Shown: positions 38,452 through 47,069 of the stretch, one piece after another
Layout of the letters: every line of letters starts with the position of its first letter
Numbering within the stretch: position 1 is the first letter of the stretch
From: Fibrobacter sp.
Lineage (GTDB): Bacteria > Fibrobacterota > Fibrobacteria > Fibrobacterales > Fibrobacteraceae
NCBI GenBank assembly: GCA_017626945.1
Contig: JAGAHT010000024.1
Span: 1,120-65,119, forward strand
Length of the DNA: 64,000 nucleotides
Direction of reading: 5' to 3'
Notes under the pieces: generated by a model
What the model was told of the DNA's origin: nothing
Databases searched by the model: none
What the model saw: only the letters and a program-made list of their open reading frames with translations
Program-made: the position numbers and the translations under genes

Positions 38452-38557
38452 GATGGATTGAATCGAAAGTCGTTTTTTTCCCGTCTGGAATCATCAAATT
38501 TCTAGTCAACATTATGGTCATTTTTAAATAGTTTTAGTGCTCTTTTGTTCACTACTT

Positions 38558-38586
38558 AATATACCTAATTTGGTTAGGTTTGTCAA
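38558..38586 (-). promoter_or_regulatory. Sigma70-type promoter TTGACA-N17-TATATT with operator copy 3 (ACCTAA-TTTGG-TTAGGT, 38563-38579) in the spacer
   Basis: Near-consensus -35/-10 at 17-bp spacing; the palindrome fills the spacer. Confidence 0.8.
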
Positions 38587-38671
38587 TGGCCGTACAAAAA
38601 AAATTTTGACGGTCTTTACCCCCTGGTTCAACCTGTTAATTTTTTGTAAATTTTTGACGTCTGGGGATGAG

Positions 38672-38749
38672 CAAAAAGCTCAAAACCAGGTCACAAAAAG
38701 TGGGCTTTTTAAGGCAAAAACAGGGTTTTAAATTGTGAGCTTTTTGTGA
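38672..38749. repeat. Short inverted repeats near the element end (candidate integrase arm-type sites)
   Basis: CAAAAAGCTCA (38672) / TGAGCTTTTTG (38736) and TCACAAAAAG (38691) / CTTTTTGTGA (38740). Confidence 0.4.
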
Positions 38750-38788
38750 GACGTTAATCGAAAACCCAGTATCTACGCGGGACAGGGC

Positions 38789-38841
38789 AGAGCAGCGGAC
38801 TCATAACCCGCGGGTTCCGGGTTCAAGTCCCGGAGGTCCCA
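38789..38841 (+). pseudogene. 3' fragment of an intron-less tRNA(CAT), candidate att duplication
   Basis: GAGC A GCGGA CTCATAA CCCGC GGGTT CCGGG TTCAAGT CCCGG AGGTCCC A; the D-arm 5' strand is missing; a terminator and host genes follow. Confidence 0.75.
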
Positions 38842-38845
38842 CGAG

Positions 38846-38880
38846 AGACGGTTTCTTTTAAGGAGCCGTCTTTCTTTTTT
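38846..38880 (+). terminator. Terminator after the tRNA fragment
   Basis: AGACGG...CCGTCT hairpin followed by a T-tract. Confidence 0.55.
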
Positions 38881-38963
38881 GGCGACCGCAAGTGGCAGTT
38901 CGCCCACACACTTTTTTATATTTGTGCTTAAACATTTCAACCCTCCTTGAAAGGAATAAAAAA

Positions 38964-40238
38964 ATGGCAAGAGCTTTGATTATCGGTTGTGGCGCAGTCG
39001 CCACAGTTGCTATCAAAAAATGCTGCACCTGCAGCGAAGTTTTCAGCGAAATTTGCATCGCTAGCCGCCACCGCGAAAACTGCGAAAAGCTCGCTCAGGA
39101 ACTGCGTCCGAATACGAAGACGGTCATCACGACTGCCGCCGTGGATGCAGACAAGGCCGAGAACGTTGCCAAGCTCATCAAGGAATACAAGCCCGACCTG
39201 GTCATGAACATTGCGCTTCCGTACCAGGACCTCGCCATCATGGACGCCTGCCTCGAATGCGGCGTGAACTACATGGACACGGCGAACTACGAACCCGAAA
39301 ACATCGACGATCCTGAATGGCGCAAGGTCTACGACAAGCGTTGCAAGGAACAGGGTTTCAGCGCCTACTTCGATTACAGCTGGCAGTGGGCTTATAAAGA
39401 AAAGTTTGAAAAGGCCGGTCTCACGGCTCTGCTCGGTTCCGGTTTCGACCCGGGTGTTTCTCAGGCCTACTGCGCCTACGCCCTGAAGCACCAGTTCGAC
39501 ACCATCGAAGAAATCGACATCCTCGACTGCAACGGCGGCGATCACGGCTACAAGTTCGCCACCAACTTCAACCCCGAAATCAACCTCCGCGAAGTCTCTG
39601 CACCGGGTAGCTACTGGGACACCGACGAAAACGGCAAGGGCCACTGGGTCGAAATTCCGGCCATGAGCATCAAGCGCGTGTACAACTTCGACGAAGTCGG
39701 CCAGAAGGACATGTACCTGTTGCACCACGAAGAAATCGAATCGCTCGCCCAGAACATTCCGGGCGTAAAGCGCATCCGTTTCTTCATGACGTTCGGCCAA
39801 AGCTACCTCGACCACATGCGCTGCCTCGAAGATGTGGGCATGCTCAGCACCCAGCCGATCAAGTTCCAGGGTCAGGACATCGTGCCGATCCAGTTCCTCA
39901 AGGCTCTCCTTCCGGACCCGGCAAGCCTCGGTCCTCGCACCAAGGGCAAGACCAACATCGGTTGCATTTTCAAGGGTAAAAAAGACGGCAAGGACAAGAC
40001 CTACTACCTGTACAACGTTTGCGACCACCAGGAATGCTACAAGGAACTCGGCAGCCAGGCTATCGCCTACACCACCGGCGTTCCAGCCATGTGCGGCGCC
40101 ATGATGGTGCTTACCGGCAAGTGGAACAAGCCGGGCGTGCATACCGTCGAAGAATTCGACCCGGATCCGTTCATGGATGCCCTCACCAAGTACGGCCTCC
40201 CCTGGAAGGAAAACTTCAACCCTGTTCTCGTTGACTAG
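38964..40238 (+). CDS. Saccharopine dehydrogenase family protein (carboxynorspermidine dehydrogenase-like)
   Basis: IIGCGAVA Rossmann motif, YMDTANYE, GSGFDPG, FATNFNPEINLREV; adjacent to speA. Confidence 0.9.
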   Translation: MARALIIGCGAVATVAIKKCCTCSEVFSEICIASRHRENCEKLAQELRPNTKTVITTAAVDADKAENVAKLIKEYKPDLVMNIALPYQDLAIMDACLECGVNYMDTANYEPENIDDPEWRKVYDKRCKEQGFSAYFDYSWQWAYKEKFEKAGLTALLGSGFDPGVSQAYCAYALKHQFDTIEEIDILDCNGGDHGYKFATNFNPEINLREVSAPGSYWDTDENGKGHWVEIPAMSIKRVYNFDEVGQKDMYLLHHEEIESLAQNIPGVKRIRFFMTFGQSYLDHMRCLEDVGMLSTQPIKFQGQDIVPIQFLKALLPDPASLGPRTKGKTNIGCIFKGKKDGKDKTYYLYNVCDHQECYKELGSQAIAYTTGVPAMCGAMMVLTGKWNKPGVHTVEEFDPDPFMDALTKYGLPWKENFNPVLVD

Positions 40239-40252
40239 AGAGACTCCGAGCA

Positions 40253-42151
40253 ATGAAAAAATGGCGCATTGACGATTCCCGTGACTTGTACAATGTCAAG
40301 GGTTGGGGCGTGAACTTCTTCGACATCAACGAGAAGGGACACGCAACGGTTCACCCGCTCAAGGATGGCGGTCCGGACATCGACCTGTACGAACTCGTGC
40401 AGGAACTTTCGCTCCGCGACGTTTCGACTCCGATGCTGCTGCGCTTCCCGGATATCCTGGACAGCCGCATCGAGAAGATTAACGAATGCTTTAACAAGGC
40501 CCGCCAGGAATACGGTTTCAACGGGAGCTACTACAGCATTTTCCCGATCAAGGTGAACCAGCAACGCGCCGTGCTCGAAGAAATTGTCAGCCACGGCAAG
40601 AAGTACAACATCGGTCTCGAAGCAGGCTCCAAGCCGGAACTGCACGCAGTACTCGCGAACATGGACAATCCGGATTCGCTGATTATCTGCAACGGCTACA
40701 AAGACGAGGACTTTATCGAACTCGCGCTCCTTGCACAGAAAATGGGCAAGAAGATTTTCGTCGTCGTCGAGAAGATGAACGAGCTCCACCTGGTTGTGGA
40801 ACTTTCCCGCCGCATCGGCGTACGCCCGAACATCGGCATCCGCATCAAACTAGCCAGCTCCGGTAGCGGCAAGTGGGAAGAATCCGGCGGATACCACAGC
40901 AAGTTCGGCCTGAACAGTTCCGAACTGTTGGAAGCCCTGGACTACATCAAGGAAGAGAAGATGGAAGACTGCATGAAGCTCATCCACTTCCACCTGGGTA
41001 GCCAGATTACCAACATTCGCCATATCAAGAGCGGTCTTCGCGAAGTCTCGCAGTTCTACGTACAAATTAGGAAGATGGGTATGGCCCTGGAATTTGTGGA
41101 CGTAGGCGGCGGCCTCGGAGTCGATTACGACGGCACCCGCAGTTCCAATGCAAGCTCGGTGAACTACTCCATTCAGGAATACGCGAACGATGTGGTGTAC
41201 GCCATGTTTGAAGCTTGCGAAAACGGCGGTGTCGCTCATCCGAACATCATCGCGGAATCCGGTCGTGCTTTGGCAGCACACCACTCCATTTTGGTGTTCA
41301 ATGTTTTGGAAACTGCCGGTCAGGCATTCTTTGACGAGAACATTCACGAAATCGACGACAACGCCCCCGACGCCCTGAAGGACCTTTACAGCATCTACAA
41401 GGGACTCACCCCGAAGAACTTGCTCGAAAGCTGGCATGACGCCATTCAGCTGAACGACGACGTGCTCAACGGTTTCAAGGTCGGCGATTACGACTTGCCC
41501 ACTCGCGCCATGTGCGAACGCCTGTTCTGGAGCATCGTACGCAAGGTGGACCTGCTCGCGAAAGACCTTCGTCATCCGCCTTATGAACTCAGCGAACTTC
41601 CGCGCCTTCTGGCCCAGAAGTACTTCTGCAACTTCAGCTTGTTCCAGAGCCTGCCGGACAGCTGGGGCGTGGACCAGGTTTTCCCGCTCATGCCGATCCA
41701 GCGCCTGAACGAAGAACCTACTGTCGAGACCACGCTGCAGGATGTCACTTGCGACTCCGACGGTAAAATCGACATGTTCGTGCGCGGTGGCGACGTAAGC
41801 CGCACACTTCCGTTGCATGAACTCAAGAACGGCGAACCGTACTACATCGCGGTCTACCTCGTGGGTGCCTACCAGGAAATCCTCGGTGACCTGCACAACC
41901 TCTTCGGCGATACGAACGCAGTCCACATTGTGTGCAACGACAAGGGCGGCTACGAAATCGACAAGGTGATCGACGGTGAATCCGTGGAAGACGTGCTCGA
42001 CTACGTGAACTTCAGCGACAAGGCCCTTGTGCGCACCATGGAAAACTGGGTGTCGCGCTCCGTGAAGGAAGGAAAGATCAGCCTGCAAGAAGGCACGGAA
42101 TTCCTGAACATCTATCGCGGCGGCCTATACGGTTACACGTATCTAGAGTAG
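40253..42151 (+). CDS. speA: Biosynthetic arginine decarboxylase
   Basis: FPIKVNQ, GLEAGSKPEL, HFHLGSQ, DVGGGLGVDYDG, DVTCDSDG, GAYQEILGDLHNLFG. Confidence 0.95.
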   Translation: MKKWRIDDSRDLYNVKGWGVNFFDINEKGHATVHPLKDGGPDIDLYELVQELSLRDVSTPMLLRFPDILDSRIEKINECFNKARQEYGFNGSYYSIFPIKVNQQRAVLEEIVSHGKKYNIGLEAGSKPELHAVLANMDNPDSLIICNGYKDEDFIELALLAQKMGKKIFVVVEKMNELHLVVELSRRIGVRPNIGIRIKLASSGSGKWEESGGYHSKFGLNSSELLEALDYIKEEKMEDCMKLIHFHLGSQITNIRHIKSGLREVSQFYVQIRKMGMALEFVDVGGGLGVDYDGTRSSNASSVNYSIQEYANDVVYAMFEACENGGVAHPNIIAESGRALAAHHSILVFNVLETAGQAFFDENIHEIDDNAPDALKDLYSIYKGLTPKNLLESWHDAIQLNDDVLNGFKVGDYDLPTRAMCERLFWSIVRKVDLLAKDLRHPPYELSELPRLLAQKYFCNFSLFQSLPDSWGVDQVFPLMPIQRLNEEPTVETTLQDVTCDSDGKIDMFVRGGDVSRTLPLHELKNGEPYYIAVYLVGAYQEILGDLHNLFGDTNAVHIVCNDKGGYEIDKVIDGESVEDVLDYVNFSDKALVRTMENWVSRSVKEGKISLQEGTEFLNIYRGGLYGYTYLE

Positions 42152-42153
42152 AC

Positions 42154-42197
42154 TAGAGAACGCCCGCAAAAGCGGGCTACAGACGAGAGACGAAAGA
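42154..42197 (-). repeat. Intergenic REP-like element (AGACGAGAG family), copy 1; partial inverted copies at 42281-42312
   Basis: Reverse complement TCTTTCGTCTCTCGTCTGTAGCC-hairpin-GGCGTTCTCT matches 47021-47066. Confidence 0.65.
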
Positions 42198-42315
42198 GGT
42201 TACTATTGAAAAGAACATTAAGCCCTATTTGGGGAAGTTCCAAAAAAGAATACGTTGTAAAACGTAGTATTTCCGTTTATTCTCTCGTCTCTAATCTCTC
42301 GCCTCTCGTCTAAAC

Positions 42316-43173
42316 ATGATTCACGAGATTCTGCCCCATAAGTTAAACAACGAGTTCAAGGTTTGCGATCCCAAACCTTCGGATTTTTTGATTCGCTACA
42401 ACGGTTCCAAGACGCTCCTCAAGAAAGTCGGCGAAGGCTATGTCATTCCGCAAGTCGGAGAGCTCCTCACCCTCGAAGGCAAAACACTCGCCGATTTTGA
42501 AGGACATTACCTTTTCAGCATCGACGATACGGCTTTTTTCCTGGATGACAGCAAGGCGACTGTCGAAGCAGAAGCGCCCGAAGGCTACGAATACATGGGC
42601 AACCGCACCTTCCGCGGTATGAATCCCGTGGAACGCATGGGCGGCGCCACTGCGGCTCACATCGCCCATTGGGAATCGCTGAACAAGTTCTGCGGTCGTT
42701 GCGGGAACGTGACCATTCGCGGCGACCATGAACGTTCTATCATTTGTCCCAAGTGCGGCAATGTCGTTTATCCGCGCATTTCACCAGTCGTGATTGTAGC
42801 GGTGCGCAACGGCGATAAGCTTCTGATGGCGCACAACATCGACAACCCGAACCCGAGACTCTTCTTGATTTCAGGATTCGTGGAAGTCGGAGAAAGCCTG
42901 GAGCAGGCCGTACATCGTGAAGTCATGGAAGAAGCGGGGCTCCGCATAAAAAACATCCGCTACTTCGGTTCGCAACCGTGGCCCTTCAGCGACTCCCTCA
43001 TCGCGGGCTTTACCGCAGAACTTGACGGCGACGACACCATCCACATGCAAAAGGAAGAACTTTCCGAAGCCATGTGGGTAAATCGTAAGGACATTCCCGA
43101 ATACGAAACCGACGTCAGCATCAGCTGCTGCCTTATCGAGAATTTCCGCCGCGGATTTACGATTAGCGAATAA
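42316..43173 (+). CDS. nudC: NAD+/NADH diphosphatase
   Basis: FCGRCG, CPKCG..YPRISP, Nudix box GFVEVGESLEQAVHREVMEEAG, SQPWPFSDSL. Confidence 0.92.
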   Translation: MIHEILPHKLNNEFKVCDPKPSDFLIRYNGSKTLLKKVGEGYVIPQVGELLTLEGKTLADFEGHYLFSIDDTAFFLDDSKATVEAEAPEGYEYMGNRTFRGMNPVERMGGATAAHIAHWESLNKFCGRCGNVTIRGDHERSIICPKCGNVVYPRISPVVIVAVRNGDKLLMAHNIDNPNPRLFLISGFVEVGESLEQAVHREVMEEAGLRIKNIRYFGSQPWPFSDSLIAGFTAELDGDDTIHMQKEELSEAMWVNRKDIPEYETDVSISCCLIENFRRGFTISE

Positions 43174-43214
43174 TCGTCATCCCCACACACGTCATCTTCG
43201 ACGCCCCACTTTTT

Positions 43215-43238
43215 GTCATCCCCGCGAATGCGGGGATC
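43215..43238. repeat. REP-like palindrome GTCATCCCCGC-GAAT-GCGGGGATC
   Basis: Hairpin between convergent genes, preceded by two GTCATC half-copies. Confidence 0.5.
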
Positions 43239-43257
43239 TTCTTTTCTACTAAAAAAG

Positions 43258-43905
43258 CTACTTCTTTTTCGGGGGTTCCGCCGGAGCACTTTCGGGCTTC
43301 GGTGCAAGCATCACATACAACGTATCATGCACCACGACCGTGTCGCGGACATACACCGTATCAGGCTTACAGACAACCATTACCGATTGATTTGCGAAAA
43401 CAACCGGAGCCGACACGGAGTCTGTCGCTGCAGAAGATACAACCAATTCCGAAGAAGACGACAGTTCTGTCGCAGACGACGAAATTTCTTCAGATGAACT
43501 GGAGAAAGACGAGCTTGAAACCACAGAAGAAGAACTAGCGACCTTTGCCGAGGAACTACTCGCCACAATGGACGAAGACGATGTTCCTGCCATCTTTCCA
43601 GCCTCGATCTTTTTCAGCAAGGCTTCACGTTCTTCGTGCAGTTGCTTCAGTTCTTTCTTATAGCGATCCTTCTGCATCGGACGCCGTTCACGAGCATACT
43701 TACCTTCGACGCGGTTTATTTTCCGGTCCAGCTCCCGAAGTTCATCATAGAGAGGGCCGTCCCCTTCCACTTCCGAAGTCGGGGTGAAGAAATCAACAAA
43801 CTTATCCCACAAGTTTTTTTCTTCGGCATTCCCTGCCGAAACAAGCGCAGCTACAGCACAAGCGCACAGAACTCCACGAGACGCAAAAGACTTTATCATA
43901 AGCAT
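43258..43905 (-). CDS. Secreted hypothetical protein with Ser-rich linker
   Basis: Signal-peptide-like N-terminus, coiled coil, poly-Ser runs. Confidence 0.7.
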   Translation of the reverse strand: MLMIKSFASRGVLCACAVAALVSAGNAEEKNLWDKFVDFFTPTSEVEGDGPLYDELRELDRKINRVEGKYARERRPMQKDRYKKELKQLHEEREALLKKIEAGKMAGTSSSSIVASSSSAKVASSSSVVSSSSFSSSSEEISSSATELSSSSELVVSSAATDSVSAPVVFANQSVMVVCKPDTVYVRDTVVVHDTLYVMLAPKPESAPAEPPKKK

Positions 43906-43997
43906 ACCTCAATGATAGAAAAATCACCCAAAACATGGCAAGCAAACACCCCTACCCCTTTACAAACGCTCTATTTTTTCTAAATTAAGGCAACAAC

Positions 43998-44070
43998 GCG
44001 GGAGTAGCTCAGTTGGTAGAGCGCGACCTTCCCAAGGTCGATGTCGAGGGTTCGAAACCCTTTTCCCGCT
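43998..44070 (+). tRNA. tRNA-Gly(CCC)
   Basis: GCGGGAG TA GCTC AGTTGGTA GAGC G CGACC TTCCCAA GGTCG ATGTC GAGGG TTCGAAA CCCTT TTCCCGC T cloverleaf. Confidence 0.95.
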
Positions 44071-44132
44071 CTAAAATGGAAAAGACACCTTCACGGTGTC
44101 TTTTTCATTTTACAAGTGAATAAGTTGGGTTG

Positions 44133-44594
44133 AGAACACTCGAAGAGGGTTCGACAAAATCCGGTTATGCACGAAGTGCGAAAAACGGATTTTGAGCTTG
44201 ACACGAGCGCAGCGAGTGCAAGCCCGAAGGGTTTAATCGCAACCTTGCGTCAGCAAGGAATATTGCGATTAAACAAACCCTTTTCCCGCTCTAAAGCAGA
44301 AAACCACCCTATCGGGTGGTTTTTGCTTTATTCGCGGCAAGGTTTCAAGAACCCTCGAAGAGGGTTCGACTAAATTCTTTTGTGGGCGCAAGCCCGTGAA
44401 AAGAATTTAGGACTTACTGCGCAAGCAGTAAGCCCGAAGGGCGGCAAGCCAGCCGCGTAAGCGGAGACTGGCGAAGCTGTCAAACCCTTTCCCAACTCAT
44501 TAACAAGTGTATCGAGCATTGAGCCCGTAGGGTTAACTCACAACCTTGCGTTAGCAAGGAATATTGTGAGTTAACAAACCCTTTTGACGTCTAA
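44133..44594 (+). repeat. Three tRNA-linked multi-hairpin cassettes framed by T-arm-like sequences
   Basis: GAGGGTTCGAC (44145, 44360), CCCG(A/T)AGGG hairpins, AAACCCTTT right ends (44275, 44482, 44576); 21-bp repeat of the tRNA 3' end at 44055 and 44275. Confidence 0.75.
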
Positions 44595-44600
44595 GGCAAC

Positions 44601-45356
44601 TTATTTCGTAAATTCCGGCAACAATTCGTAGAACTTTTTCGTAAACATCCCGCGAAAACGCTCGTACGGCAAAATCAGCACAACATTACCGCATGCGCCA
44701 CAATTAACCGCATAGGTATGCCACTGAAAACCAAGTCCCTTTGAAGTCGGGTAGATCCAGTCAAAATCAGAAAAGCCCTGTTTTACTCCGCAATCATGCT
44801 GATTGCTCGGTTCCGTCCGTGCCACTTCCCTTACATAGCGAGTCATCACACTTTTAGGCAACGCAAAGATATCATAATACAGCAAAGGATACGACTCCCC
44901 CTTCAACAAAACATATGTCGGCGAGTTATACCAGCCATGAGCAGCGACCAACGCATATCCCGTAGCTTGGACTTCGTAAGTCATCGTACTCTTCGTCTGG
45001 GACCTATAGACAACCCAAGTCGAGTCATAGCTATTCCCTAACACAGAAGGATCATCCACCTCGAAAGCAGCCTTCAAAGATTCGTCATTCTCCGCAACAC
45101 ATTCAAGGCAGGTCTTCGCAGGATTTTTCCCATCCCTAATATGACCGTTACAGGACACCACCGAATCCATCCAGTCACGAATCGGTTCCACGACTGAAGA
45201 CGGGCCACCAACGGGATAATCAATCGCCAGGTATGCCAAATGATGATTACAGCGAGCGCCCGCAGAAAAATGTTTAATAGCTACGGAATCACGCAAGCCA
45301 TCGGCATAAGCGGAAACAACCAAAATAACTAATACAACAAAAGAAAACTTTTTCAC
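44601..45356 (-). CDS. Secreted Cys-rich hypothetical protein
   Basis: Signal peptide MKKFSFVVLVILVVSAYA; multiple Cys. Confidence 0.7.
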   Translation of the reverse strand: MKKFSFVVLVILVVSAYADGLRDSVAIKHFSAGARCNHHLAYLAIDYPVGGPSSVVEPIRDWMDSVVSCNGHIRDGKNPAKTCLECVAENDESLKAAFEVDDPSVLGNSYDSTWVVYRSQTKSTMTYEVQATGYALVAAHGWYNSPTYVLLKGESYPLLYYDIFALPKSVMTRYVREVARTEPSNQHDCGVKQGFSDFDWIYPTSKGLGFQWHTYAVNCGACGNVVLILPYERFRGMFTKKFYELLPEFTK

Positions 45357-45419
45357 AACAGCCTCTCTTCTATTATCACTTCAAAAGCTGCGTTTGTCAA
45401 AAAAGAAATGCAAAAAAAA

Positions 45420-46358
45420 TCACAAATACCAGTCAGGACGAACGCCAAGCACGACTTCATCCGATTCAAGCTCATCTGCGGGCACATTGCGCCCCACCAC
45501 CAAGGCAGAATCAAACCCAGCCAAACGGGCCCCCAGCACATCCGTGCCCAAGGTATCGCCCACCATCAGCACTCGAGAGTCCTCGGGAAGACTCCGCTTG
45601 ACCTTTTCCCAAATCGCAGGGAACGGCTTACCCAAATAAAACGTCTCGCAGCCCGCGCCCCCATTCGCGCTACACATCGAATCACGGCGCAACCTTTCAG
45701 AAAGCGCTCCCGACACAGGTTCGCGTACGGTCACGCCATCATTCCCAGGAATCTTCGGCGCCCACGCATCGGAATTCAGCACCAAGAGCATCGAGCCCGG
45801 CCGCCTTAAAATCTTGACAGCCTGTGCGTATGTTTCAGGCGTATCCTTCGCCGACGAAATTGCTACAATCGGTTCAGTAGGTTCAGCATCCAACGCCACC
45901 GCCGTTATCCCGCAACTTTCAAGCACATGCTTACCCGTTTCGCGCCCGATGTAATACACCTCGCGCACAGCCTTGCCACAACCGCGCAATTCAGCGCACA
46001 AATCCTTGAGCAAACTTCCCGAAGAAATCGTCTCGGCCTCGCTAAACGCGAAGCCCCGCTTGCCCGCATCAGAGGCAAGCACCGAATCCACATCGGAGGC
46101 CGCATTCGTAATCAGGCGCATTTCCTTGTCCGCGGCGCGCAGCATTGTATACCAATCCAGCGCGCCATCGTAAACAAAGCTCCCGCGGTTATAAAGCGTG
46201 CCATAACCGTCAAAGCAGAACGCGTCGTAACGGTCCAGCAAATCTTCCATGCGCACACGCTGCGGCGCAGGCGACTCGCCCGCCGCAGGTACAACAATCC
46301 CCTGCGATTCAATAATTTGCTTATACCGCAGGTAGATTTCCGTTTCGAATTGGGTCAT
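45420..46358 (-). CDS. HAD-superfamily IIA hydrolase
   Basis: FCFDGYGTL, LITNAA, YLGKPFP, MVGDTLGTDVLGA. Confidence 0.88.
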   Translation of the reverse strand: MTQFETEIYLRYKQIIESQGIVVPAAGESPAPQRVRMEDLLDRYDAFCFDGYGTLYNRGSFVYDGALDWYTMLRAADKEMRLITNAASDVDSVLASDAGKRGFAFSEAETISSGSLLKDLCAELRGCGKAVREVYYIGRETGKHVLESCGITAVALDAEPTEPIVAISSAKDTPETYAQAVKILRRPGSMLLVLNSDAWAPKIPGNDGVTVREPVSGALSERLRRDSMCSANGGAGCETFYLGKPFPAIWEKVKRSLPEDSRVLMVGDTLGTDVLGARLAGFDSALVVGRNVPADELESDEVVLGVRPDWYL

Positions 46359-46373
46359 TGATTCAAACGCCGC

Positions 46374-47018
46374 CTAGCAGCGGCTATTCAGAATCCCGTA
46401 GTCGCGGCCTTCCACCGGAATCACGAGCTGCAACTTCGAAAGCACATCGATATGCTTGTCGAATTCGGCCTTGAAGTCTTCGCCGAGTTCTTCTTCGTCA
46501 TCGTGATTCAAGTTGTAGGCAACGTAGCTGCCGTCTGGGAAAATCGAGATGCAACAATCCCACGTGATGTCGCCTTCCTGTTCTTCCTCGTCATCATCGC
46601 GATCCTTGCTTTCAAGCATCAGCATCGGACGCGGGGCAGGAATCGCTTCGGCATGACCGTTTTCAAAAATGAAGTAGTTGCGGCTCACGAGCTCATGTTC
46701 AAGCGCCATCGTCGAAGGCGAGCGTTCAAACTCGTTGCGCAGCCTGCGAATGTTACCCAAGTCGTCTTCGTACGGGTCCTGGAAATCCTGCGGCAGCACC
46801 ACCTGGTAGTAGTCAAATTCCTTTCCGCTCTTGGCGTAAGTTTCCTGCCATTCCTGCGGCGGTTCCGGACGAAGCGTCAAGAAATCCTCGAAGGCATCCA
46901 AAATTTCGAACAACCTAGAATCCCAGGGTTCGTTTTTCTGGTTCTGTACCAATTCCATGAAATTCTTCAGGCGTTCTTCACCCGAGATTTCCTTCAGTTC
47001 TTCATTTTCTTCGCTCAT
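46374..47018 (-). CDS. Acidic hypothetical protein
   Basis: 214-aa ORF in a minus-strand operon. Confidence 0.75.
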   Translation of the reverse strand: MSEENEELKEISGEERLKNFMELVQNQKNEPWDSRLFEILDAFEDFLTLRPEPPQEWQETYAKSGKEFDYYQVVLPQDFQDPYEDDLGNIRRLRNEFERSPSTMALEHELVSRNYFIFENGHAEAIPAPRPMLMLESKDRDDDEEEQEGDITWDCCISIFPDGSYVAYNLNHDDEEELGEDFKAEFDKHIDVLSKLQLVIPVEGRDYGILNSRC

Positions 47019-47020
47019 AT

Positions 47021-47066
47021 TCTTTCGTCTCTCGTCTGTAGCCGCGCAGCGGCGTTCTCTCGTCTA
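47021..47066 (+). repeat. Intergenic REP-like element (AGACGAGAG family), copy 2
   Basis: TCTTTCGTCTCTCGTCTGTAGCCGC-GCA-GCGGCGTTCTCTCGTCTA. Confidence 0.65.
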
Positions 47067-47069
47067 AAA

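Larger units (their letters stand above)
5340..38841. mobile_element. Prophage, contractile-tailed (DUF2213/DUF2184/DUF3383 type); left boundary uncertain and may extend beyond the window
   Basis: Contiguous capsid, sheath, tube, tape measure, baseplate, terminase and portal genes; right end at a tRNA 3' fragment followed by host housekeeping genes. Confidence 0.85.

Noticed and set aside
44133-44594. CRISPR array or additional tRNA genes
   Set aside because: No regular identical repeats with unique spacers and no cas genes; the modules lack D- and anticodon arms.
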